Shown here: positions 18,340-26,502 of the stretch, piece by piece
How positions within the stretch are numbered: the stretch's first letter is position 1
How the letters are laid out: each line of letters opens with the position of its first letter
From: an uncultured Collinsella sp.
GTDB lineage: Bacteria; Actinomycetota; Coriobacteriia; Coriobacteriales; Coriobacteriaceae
Length of the DNA: 64,000 nt
Direction: 5' to 3'
NCBI GenBank assembly: GCA_938023085.1
Contig: CALHDP010000164.1
Location: forward strand, 1,725-65,724
The notes under the pieces: generated by a model
Told to the model about the DNA's origin: nothing
Seen by the model: only the letters and a program-made list of their open reading frames with translations
Databases searched by the model: none
Translations under genes and position numbers: made by a program

Positions 18340-18591
18340 ATGAGGGAGAAGCGCCCGGCGCTTGTCATCACGTTTCCTACCACGGCGGCCGCCATGGGCT
18401 GCGAGTCCCTGTGCATCGAGCGCGGCCTTCCCGGGCGAACGATTCCCGTGCCCGGGGAGGTCGCTGCCGGCTGCGGTTTGGCATGGAAGGCACAGCCTTC
18501 GGATGAGGACCTGCTGCGCGGCGAGCTTGCCGCGGCGGGCGTTCCCACTGAGGGCTTTACGGTGATCGACATGTGGGAGGTCGTGCGATGA
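18340..18591 (+). CDS. DUF3343 family protein (selenium-cluster associated)
   Basis: ITFPTTAAAM..E, GRTIPVPGEVAAGCGLAW; ATGA overlap with next gene. Confidence 0.78.
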   Translation: MREKRPALVITFPTTAAAMGCESLCIERGLPGRTIPVPGEVAAGCGLAWKAQPSDEDLLRGELAAAGVPTEGFTVIDMWEVVR

Positions 18592-19727
18592 TCTACCTGG
18601 ATAACGCGGCGACGACTATGCATAAGCCGCAAACGGTCATCGATGCCGTGACCCAGGCGATGTGCTCGCTCGGCAATGCCGGACGCGGCGCGACGTCGGG
18701 TGCGCTCGATGCGGCGCGTACCATCCACGGCTGTCGCGCCAAGCTTGCGCGCTTGCTGGGCTGCCCGCGGGCCGATCATGTTTGTTTTACGCCCAACTCC
18801 ACCGCGGCGCTCAATACCGTCATCAATGGCGTGGTGCGCCCCGGCGACCGCGTGGTCACGACGGTGCTCGAGCACAACTCCGTGCTGCGTCCGCTCAACC
18901 GCCTGGCGGCAGAGCAGGGCGTGACCGTTGAGCATGCGGGCTGCGACGCGAACGGCGTGCTCGACTACGACGAGCTCGAGCGGTTGGTCGCGCCGGGTAC
19001 TCGTGCCGTGGTGGTGACGCACGCCTCCAATGTGACCGGCAACGCGGTTGACGTTTCGCGTGTGGCGGCCATGGCCCATGCTGCCGGCGCGCTTGTGATC
19101 GTTGACGCCTCTCAGTCTGCCGGCACGGCGCATATCGATATGCAGGCCATGGGGCTCGACGTGGTGTGCTTTACTGGCCACAAGGGGTTCATGGGTCCGC
19201 AGGGCACCGGCGGGCTGGCCGTGGCGGAGGGCATTGACGTGGCGCCGTGGGCCATGGGCGGCACGGGCGTGCACAGCTTCGATGCACTGCAGCCGCTTGA
19301 GTGGCCCACGCGCCTTGAGGCGGGCACGCTCAACGGTCACGGCATCGCGGGACTTTCCGCAGGTCTCGACTTTATCGAGGCGCAAGGCGGGGTCGAGGCG
19401 ATCGCGGCGCATGAGCGAGCACTGGCGGATCGCTTTCTCGCTGGCGTGCGCGAAATCCCGGAGATCAAGCTCTACGGTGCCTTTGACCAGCCGTCGCGCT
19501 CGGCGATCGTCTCACTCAACGTGGGTGATATCGACTCTGCCGAGATCTCGGACGCACTCATGCAAGGGTGGGGGATTGCGACGCGCCCCGGCGCCCATTG
19601 CGCCCCGCTCATGCACCGTGCGCTGGGGACCGAGCGTCAGGGCGTCGTCCGCTTCTCGTTTGGGTATTTCAACACGGACGAGGAAGTCGATACCGCGATT
19701 GACGCTTTGCGCGATTTAGCCTGCTAG
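18588..19727 (+). CDS. Class V PLP aminotransferase: cysteine desulfurase / selenocysteine lyase
   Basis: IYLDNAATT, EHNSV, HASNVTG, DASQSAG, FTGHKG, EAGT, RPGAHCAP, VRFSFG. Confidence 0.9.
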   Translation: MIYLDNAATTMHKPQTVIDAVTQAMCSLGNAGRGATSGALDAARTIHGCRAKLARLLGCPRADHVCFTPNSTAALNTVINGVVRPGDRVVTTVLEHNSVLRPLNRLAAEQGVTVEHAGCDANGVLDYDELERLVAPGTRAVVVTHASNVTGNAVDVSRVAAMAHAAGALVIVDASQSAGTAHIDMQAMGLDVVCFTGHKGFMGPQGTGGLAVAEGIDVAPWAMGGTGVHSFDALQPLEWPTRLEAGTLNGHGIAGLSAGLDFIEAQGGVEAIAAHERALADRFLAGVREIPEIKLYGAFDQPSRSAIVSLNVGDIDSAEISDALMQGWGIATRPGAHCAPLMHRALGTERQGVVRFSFGYFNTDEEVDTAIDALRDLAC

Positions 19728-19741
19728 AGCGTATATACTTG

Positions 19742-19775
19742 CGGGACGGGTCTTTTGCCCGTCCCGTTTTTGTTT
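19742..19775 (+). terminator. Intrinsic terminator closing the reductase-selD-desulfurase unit
   Basis: CGGGACGGG-tcttttg-CCCGTCCCG followed by TTTTTGTTT. Confidence 0.7.
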
Positions 19776-19794
19776 CGACCCGAAAGGTGTGCCT

Positions 19795-21153
19795 ATGGCT
19801 TCATCCGCCCCGCGCGGTCTGCGTTCCGACCATGTCGTTACCGTCGGCATTGCGCTGTTCTCGATGCTCTTTGGCGCCGGTAACCTCATCATTCCGCCGC
19901 TGCTGGCACTTCAGGCCGGCACGGCCACGCCGCTTGCCATGATCGGCTTTTTGATTGCCGCTATCGGTCTGCCCGTCATGGGCTTTATCGCCGTCGCGCT
20001 CGCCGGAACGGCGCGCGAGCTTGCCGGCCGCGTGCACCCCAAGTTTGGTGAATTTTTTGTCGCGGCGGTGTATCTGGCCATCGGCCCGTGCCTGGCCATT
20101 CCGCGCACAAGCTCTACGGCGTTCGAAATGCTGGTGCCGCTGCTACCCGAGGGTGTTTCACTCGGCACGGCACGTTTGGTGTTTGCCATTGGGTTCTTCG
20201 TCGTCGCGTTTGTGCTCACGCTGCGCCCGGGCGTCATCACACGCGTGCTCGGCCGCATTACGGGTCCCGCGCTCATTGCGCTCATCGTGCTGGTTGTGGG
20301 TGCTGCCGTGATCTCGCCGCTGGGACCGGCTGCCGCGCCGCAGGCTCCCTACGATGCGGGCGCCGCCGTGCAGGGCTTTCTGACTGGCTATCAAACCATG
20401 GACCTGCTCGCGTCGCTCGCCTTCGGCATCATCATCGCCGAGACCATCCACGAGTTGGGTGTTACCGATGACAAGCGCGTGGCCTTCGAGATTTCGCGTT
20501 CCGGTGTGATCGCCGGCGTGCTCATGGCCATCATCTACTGCGGCTTGGGCCTTGCCGGTATGCAGCTCGGCACCGTGATGCCCGACGCTACCAACGGCGC
20601 CGCCATCCTTGCGCGTTCGGCCTCCATGCACTTTGGTCTTGCTGGCACGGTTGTCGTCTTTGCGATTTTCTTCCTAGCCTGCATGAACGTGTGCATTGGC
20701 CTTATCAGCTGCTGCTCGCGTTACTTCTGCGAGACGTATGTGGTCGAAGGGGGAGCGGAGGCCTCCGAGGAGGCCATGCGCCGCCCCTTTGCGGTTCTCG
20801 CCTTTGTGTTCGCGGCGTTTTCGTGCGTGCTCTCCAACGTGGGCCTCGACGTGATTCTTATGTTCTCGGTGCCTATGCTCAACGCCTTGTATCCCGTTGC
20901 CATCGTGCTGGTGCTGATGGGCCTGGTGCACGGCTTTTGCGACGCTCATCCGCAGGTGTGGGTCTGGGTCGGCGGCGTTGTCGCGGTGCAGAGTGTGATC
21001 ACCTCGGTCCGAGATGCGTTCTTTGCGGGCGCGTGGCTACCGTTCGATTCGCTGCCGTTGGCGGATATCGGTGCCGCGTGGGCACCGGTTGCCGTGGTGG
21101 CGTTTGTGATCGGTCTGCTCCATAGTCGTTTTGTCGCACATTCGAGGAGCTAA
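19795..21153 (+). CDS. brnQ: Branched-chain amino acid:cation symporter (LIV-II)
   Basis: LFSMLFGAGNLIIPP, IGPCLAIPRT, GYQTMDLLASLAFG, LYPVAIVL. Confidence 0.92.
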   Translation: MASSAPRGLRSDHVVTVGIALFSMLFGAGNLIIPPLLALQAGTATPLAMIGFLIAAIGLPVMGFIAVALAGTARELAGRVHPKFGEFFVAAVYLAIGPCLAIPRTSSTAFEMLVPLLPEGVSLGTARLVFAIGFFVVAFVLTLRPGVITRVLGRITGPALIALIVLVVGAAVISPLGPAAAPQAPYDAGAAVQGFLTGYQTMDLLASLAFGIIIAETIHELGVTDDKRVAFEISRSGVIAGVLMAIIYCGLGLAGMQLGTVMPDATNGAAILARSASMHFGLAGTVVVFAIFFLACMNVCIGLISCCSRYFCETYVVEGGAEASEEAMRRPFAVLAFVFAAFSCVLSNVGLDVILMFSVPMLNALYPVAIVLVLMGLVHGFCDAHPQVWVWVGGVVAVQSVITSVRDAFFAGAWLPFDSLPLADIGAAWAPVAVVAFVIGLLHSRFVAHSRS

Positions 21154-21164
21154 GGCATCAATGC

Positions 21165-21193
21165 TTGCACAGGCGGGGAGTCTACCCTATAAT
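21165..21193 (+). promoter_or_regulatory. Sigma-A type promoter for the tRNA pair
   Basis: TTGCAC-17 nt-TATAAT about 50 nt upstream of tRNA-Pro. Confidence 0.7.
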
Positions 21194-21244
21194 TTCCTTC
21201 GCTTTGGGACACGCAAGGTTTAGACCTTAGCTGCTCAACACCTT

Positions 21245-21321
21245 CGGGACGTGGCGCAGTTTGGTAGCGCGCCTGCTTTGGGAGCAGGATGTCGCAGGTT
21301 CAAATCCTGTCGTCCCGACCA
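21245..21321 (+). tRNA. tRNA-Pro(TGG)
   Basis: Cloverleaf; anticodon arm CCTGC-TT TGG GA-GCAGG; GTTCAAAT T-loop; CCA end. Confidence 0.96.
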
Positions 21322-21327
21322 TATCTT

Positions 21328-21401
21328 GCGGGCGTAGTTCAATGGTAGAACCCCAGCCTTCCAAGCTGATGACGCGGGTTCGATTCCCGTCGCCCGCTCC
21401 A
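21328..21401 (+). tRNA. tRNA-Gly(TCC)
   Basis: Cloverleaf; anticodon arm CAGC-CT TCC AA-GCTG; GTTCGATT; CCA end. Confidence 0.96.
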
Positions 21402-21677
21402 TAGGATAGTTTTAACGGCTTTGGCTCCATTTGGTGCCAGAGCCGTTTTCATAAGTGTGCCGGGCGACGGGAATCGAACCCGGCAGGGTGCGAAGCTGAG
21501 AAAATGCGTGAGCATTTTCCAGCGCAGCACGCAAGGGCCAATGGCCCGCGGCGAAACAAGGGTTTGCGAAGCAAACCCTTGGACTTCCCGTCGTCCGCTC
21601 CATAAGATAGATGAATGGCTCCGGTTCCTTTTGGGACCAGAGCCATTTTCGTAAGTGTACGGGGTGACGGGAATCGA
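21384..21677. repeat. tRNA-Gly-linked ~200-bp-period duplication with direct and inverted copies of the tRNA 3' half
   Basis: TTCCCGTCG(C/T)CCGCTCCATA.GATAG at ~21384 and ~21585; antisense tRNA arm CGGGCGACGGGAATCGAACCCG at 21461-21482, partially again at ~21661-21677. Confidence 0.8.
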
Positions 21678-21788
21678 TGCCGCCCCGCGCCCTAGCTAAG
21701 GTACGGTTAAATAGTTTCTGAAAAGCCCGAATAAGCCTAATAACCCCAAATCAAGGAACTATTTCGCCACGACGTAGAAGGGATGGGG

Positions 21789-22244
21789 TTAGTGGCGACC
21801 GTGGTGGCGGAGCTTGTCGATAGTGGAGTCGGTGCTTCGGCTGCGGGCGTCGGCGGCGGTTTGGCGCTGGCGGCGGTAGTCGATCATGCCTTGGATGATG
21901 GGCTTGCCAAAGCTCACGACGTCGTCGTTATAGATGGCGGTTCGGGCTGCGAGGAGGCAGTCGGTAAAGTCCATATGGGTCTTGCCAAAGAGTTTGATGG
22001 CAAGGGCGATAACGGTGGGCTCGTCGACCATGACGTCATCGAGCAGCTTGGACATGGCCGTCGCAATCTCCACGCGCGGGACCTTGTAGACGTCGCGCAG
22101 CGTGACCACGACGCGCGTGATGATTTCGGGGTAGACACGAGCGGTGCGTGTGGCGATGACCTTGGCAGCGCGCGGCGACAGGACCTCGTCGTCGTTAAGC
22201 AGGTAGCGCAGGATGACGGTCTCGTCGATGATGGTGCTACTCAT
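21789..22244 (-). CDS. PIN-domain (VapC-like) toxin
   Basis: IIDETVILRYLLND and MDFTDCLLAA acidic PIN motifs; overlaps upstream antitoxin gene. Confidence 0.75.
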   Translation of the reverse strand: MSSTIIDETVILRYLLNDDEVLSPRAAKVIATRTARVYPEIITRVVVTLRDVYKVPRVEIATAMSKLLDDVMVDEPTVIALAIKLFGKTHMDFTDCLLAARTAIYNDDVVSFGKPIIQGMIDYRRQRQTAADARSRSTDSTIDKLRHHGRH

Positions 22245-22560
22245 GGATATCTACTTCCTCGGGACCCAAAACCGACTCGTCGCTTTCTGTGGCTAGGTAT
22301 TCAATCCAGGCATTGCGCTCCTTGGAGCGGCGATTGGGGTCCCCATATGCTTTGAGCAATCCATAGGCGGCGGTGCCGTCCTTTGAGCGCACGGCAACCG
22401 GTTGAAAGGGGAGCTTGCGCATCAAAATACTCTGCGCGACAAATAGACGGACAGCCTCGGCGAGCGATGTGCCCATAGCGTCGTAGAGACGCTCGGCATG
22501 CTGCTTGTCTTCCTCGCGAATGCGCACCTGCAGGATGGCTCGTTTTTGAGTCGATGACAT
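22237..22560 (-). CDS. RelB/DinJ-family antitoxin
   Basis: LQVRIREEDKQHAERLYDAMGTSLAEAVRLFVAQSILMRKLPF, RHH-type RelB pattern. Confidence 0.8.
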   Translation of the reverse strand: MSSTQKRAILQVRIREEDKQHAERLYDAMGTSLAEAVRLFVAQSILMRKLPFQPVAVRSKDGTAAYGLLKAYGDPNRRSKERNAWIEYLATESDESVLGPEEVDIHE

Positions 22561-22988
22561 CACTGGCCTCCCTTAATGAGCGTGCAATATGAATAGTCAA
22601 ATACAGCATTAGCTGATAATAACCAATCTTATAACCACTACTTTATTGCACTCAAGTTAATGAGCGCGAAATATATATCAAACGTATTACATCCTTTATA
22701 AACGAGCGTGAAATCTCCCTTGGATGTACGCATGTAATACACTCACCTTTATAGCTTCTAGAGAATAATTCCAACCTGCCAAAACCCCTGCAATACACCC
22801 GTATTGCAGGGCCTATGCTCAAGTTTGCCACCTGCAACTGCGTATATTTAACCTGTATATCGTTGGAGAAACTCTATCGAGTGCCTGTTTCGCCGCATGT
22901 ACTCGATACGTCGATGCCAGGCCACGGGCGGCTTGGGTCAATGTCGACAGGGTCTCTCCGGCATGGGATTCAGGAGGGAGTGAACAAC

Positions 22989-23507
22989 ATGGGCAATAAA
23001 CGAGTCGTAGCCGATTCCTCACGCTGCATTGGGTGCCAAACCTGTATGGCGGCGTGCATCGAGGCGCACGACATCCCCGGCAACATCGCCGCGCCGCGCC
23101 TGCGCGTGACGCGTACGTACGAGATCTCCGCACCGGTGGCTTGCCATCACTGCGAGGATGCCCCGTGCGCGAAGGCCTGTCCTACGGGCGCCTTGTTCTT
23201 TGATCCAAAGAACCATCGTATCGGCGTCAACGAGGACAACTGCATCGGCTGCAAGAGCTGCGTCATGGCATGCCCCTTTGGCGCCGTTAGCGTGGCGACC
23301 ACGCAGGTTCCGGTCTTGATGGGCGACGTTCGCGTGGGTTCGCAGACTAAGAGCTTCGTGCTCAAGTGCGACCTGTGCGTGGACCGTCCCGGCGGTCCGG
23401 CGTGTGCCGAGGCGTGCCCGACCAAGGGCCTCATCCTGGTTGACGAGGAGCGCCTGGCAGAACTGACTGCCGAGCGTGCCCGCGCCACCATCGAAAACGA
23501 GGCGTAA
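22989..23507 (+). CDS. hydN: 4Fe-4S electron-transfer protein (HydN/HycB-like)
   Basis: CIGCQTCMAAC, CHHCEDAPCAKACP, CIGCKSCVMACP, KCDLC..GPACAEACP. Confidence 0.85.
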   Translation: MGNKRVVADSSRCIGCQTCMAACIEAHDIPGNIAAPRLRVTRTYEISAPVACHHCEDAPCAKACPTGALFFDPKNHRIGVNEDNCIGCKSCVMACPFGAVSVATTQVPVLMGDVRVGSQTKSFVLKCDLCVDRPGGPACAEACPTKGLILVDEERLAELTAERARATIENEA

Positions 23508-23583
23508 GCGGGCGGCCATACAGGCCCAATGATTGTCAAATAAGTACCGATTAATCGGTAGCAGAGAAAGGAAGGAGGGTGTC

Positions 23584-25806
23584 ATGGAGAAGCATAAAGT
23601 GATCTGCCCGTACTGCGGCGCCGGTTGCCAGTTTAACCTCCTGGTCCAAAACGGCCAGGTCGTGGGCACCGAACCGCTCAACGGCATCACCAACCAGAGC
23701 GAGCTGTGCCTTAAGGGCATGAGCGGCTACGACTTCATCAACGACACCAAGATCTTGACTCCTCGCGTACTGCACCCGATGATCCGCCGCACTAAGGGCG
23801 CGGATCTTGAGCGCGTAAGCTGGGACGAGGCACTGAATTTCACCGCATCTAAGATGCAGGCCATAATTGACGAATATGGTCCTAACGCTGTCATGACCAC
23901 CGGCTCTTCGCGAGGCGGCGGCAATGAGGCGAACTACGTCATGCAGAAGTTTACGCGTGCGTGCATCGGCACCCACAGCGTGGACAACTGCGCCCGTACT
24001 TGACACGGCCCTACTGTCCTCGGTCTGATGGACACGGTTGGTTCAGGTTGCATGTCATGCTCCATCCCCGGTATGGAGGATGCGGGCTGCATTTTCCTCT
24101 TCGGCTATAACCCTGCCGATTCGCACCCCATCGTCGCAAGGCGTATCGTGCGAGCCAAAGAAAAGGGTTGCAAGATCATCGTCGCCGACCCGCGCCATAT
24201 CGAAACTGCGCGTATCGCCGATATCTACCTTCCGATCAAGAACGGTTGCAACGTTGCGTTCCTCAACGCCTTTGCCAACTGCTTGGTCAACGATGGCCTC
24301 TACGACAAGGAATTCGTCGCCGAGCACACGAACGGCTTTGACGAATGGTGGGAGACCATCAAGAACTACACTCCCGAATCCGTACAGGACATCACGGGTG
24401 TCGAGCCCGCGTTGATCCACCAAGCTGCCGAGATGTACGCCACGGCGAAGCCCTCTGCCATCATTGGCTGGGGTATGGGCGTATGCCAGCAGAAGCAGAA
24501 CCTGAAGACGGTGCACACCATCGCCTCCATCGCCTGCGTTGCCGGCCAGATCGGCAAACCCAACTCCGGCCTCGCGCCCGTGCGCGGTCAGAATAACGTC
24601 CAGGGCTCCTGCGATATGGGCATGCTGCCCAACCTGTACCCTGGCTACCAGAAAGTCACCGACCCCGCAGTGCGTGCCAAGTTTGCCAAAGCTTGGGGCG
24701 TGCCCGAGGAAAAGCTCCCGCTCGAGGAGGGCTACAAGCTCACCGATCTGGGCCACCTGGTCGACGAGGGCAAGGTGCACTGCTTCTACAACTACGGCGA
24801 GGACCCGGTGCAGACCGAGCCCGATTCGGCCGGTATGCGCAAGACGCTCTCCGAGCTGGATCTGTTCATTTGCCAGGACATCTTTATGACGCAGACGACC
24901 ATGCTCGCCGACGTCATCCTGCCCGCTACCTCTTGGGGCGAGCACGAGGGTGTCTTTACCGCATCCGACCGTAGCTTCCAGCACTTTGACGCGGCCGTTC
25001 CGCCCAAGGGCGAGTGCCGCCACGACTGGGAGATCTTCGCGGACCTGTCCACGCGCATGGGCTACCCCATGCACTACGACAACACCGAGCAGATCTGGAA
25101 CGAGTGCATTAGCCTGTGCCCCAACTTTGTGGGCGCGACCTACGAGAAGATGGCTCCCGAGGGCGGTTACGCCCAGTGGCCGGTCAAGAGCACCGATGTG
25201 AACGACCACGGTACGCCCGACATGTTCGCTGGTGGCAAGTTCACCACCAAGGACGGCCGCGCCAACCTGATGGCGCACGACTGGGAGGCGCCCTCCGAGC
25301 TTCCCGACGATGAGTACCCGCTCATTCTGTGCACCGTCCGCGAGGTCGGCCACTACAGCTGCCGTTCGATGACCGGCAACTGCAAGACGCTGGCGCTGCT
25401 TGCCGATGAGCCCGGTTTTGTCCGCATGAATCCCGCGGACGCCCAGGCGCGCGGCATCAAGAACGGCGACATCGTCTCGATTCACAGCCGCCGCGGTCAG
25501 GTATACAGCCGCGCCGACGTGAGCGACCGTATCAACAAGGGCACGGTCTATATGACCTACCAGTGGTGGATTGGCAAGTGCAACGAGCTGACCATGCACA
25601 AGGTCGACCCGGTCTCGCACACGCCCGAGGACAAGTTCTCCGCCTGCCAGGTCGACGCTATCGCCGACCAGGTCTGGGCCGAGGGCGAGGTCGAGCGTCA
25701 GTACACCGAGCTCAAGCAGGCTCTGGTGGATGCCGCCGCTCCCCAAGACGTTGAGCCCGGCGCCGCCAAGTTCGACGACGAGGCGCACGTGAACCAAATC
25801 GTGTAG
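23584..25806 (+). CDS. fdhF: Formate dehydrogenase H alpha subunit (Mo-bisPGD), selenoprotein with Sec140 at UGA 24001-24003; 740 aa
   Basis: Two in-frame ORFs joined at DNCART-TGA-HGP; CPYCGAGC..LCLKG, RGQNNVQG, LPATSWGEHEGVFT. Confidence 0.95.
24015..24034 (+). promoter_or_regulatory. Putative SECIS hairpin of fdhF
   Basis: TGTCC-TCGGTCTGAT-GGACA starting 11 nt after the UGA, same position and GGUCU apex as the E. coli fdhF SECIS. Confidence 0.7.
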
Positions 25807-25884
25807 TCCCGTTCTCGTTGGCTTTTTGGGCCGGGCGTCCCGTACGTTCGGGAGCCCGGCCCGTTATTTTGAAAGGAAGTGGGG

Positions 25885-26502
25885 ATGAACCGCTTCATCG
25901 ACATCAACCCGGAGAGGTGCATCGGCTGCGGAACATGCCAGTCCGCCTGTGCCGACGCCCACCGGATGCAGGGTCTTCAGGATACGCCGCGCCTGGCGCT
26001 CGTGAAGACCGGCGGTATTTCGGCCGCCCTTGCCTGCCACCATTGCGAGGGTGCCCCCTGCGCCGAGGTTTGCCCGGTGAATGCCATCGAGCACGATGGC
26101 GACCGCATCCACGTCAAGGAGCAGGAGTGCATCGGGTGCAGGCTGTGCGCCATCGCGTGCCCCTTCGGAGCCATCCATCCCGATGGCACGTCTATCGCCG
26201 GTGTCGCAGGCATGTGCGATCCGACGCCTTCGTATCCTAAGTCCCTGAGCAGCCTGCTTACGTGGGCTCCTGGCCAGTACACCTGCGCTGTCAAGTGCGA
26301 CCTGTGCGCCTTCGATCCAGACGGCCCGCATTGTGTGGCGGCGTGCCCCACCAAGGCGCTGACCGTCATGGGCGGCGCGGCCGATCGCGAGCTCGACGAG
26401 GCCAAGCGCCTGCGCTCGATCGAAAACGGTCCGGCCGTCGACGTTACCGCTGTGGCCCAGGGCCTGTCAGAGAAAGCAGAAGGGAGCGTAAACAATGGAT
26501 AG
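25885..26502 (+). CDS. hyfA: Hydrogenase-4 / FHL Fe-S subunit (HyfA/HycB)
   Basis: Four ferredoxin Cys clusters; MNRFI..PERCIGC start like HycB. Confidence 0.85.
   Translation: MNRFIDINPERCIGCGTCQSACADAHRMQGLQDTPRLALVKTGGISAALACHHCEGAPCAEVCPVNAIEHDGDRIHVKEQECIGCRLCAIACPFGAIHPDGTSIAGVAGMCDPTPSYPKSLSSLLTWAPGQYTCAVKCDLCAFDPDGPHCVAACPTKALTVMGGAADRELDEAKRLRSIENGPAVDVTAVAQGLSEKAEGSVNNG

Noticed and set aside
23533..25806. fdhF as a split gene or pseudogene (two ORFs in the track)
   Set aside because: The halves are in frame, the break is a single TGA at the catalytic Sec position, and selA, selB, selC and selD are present
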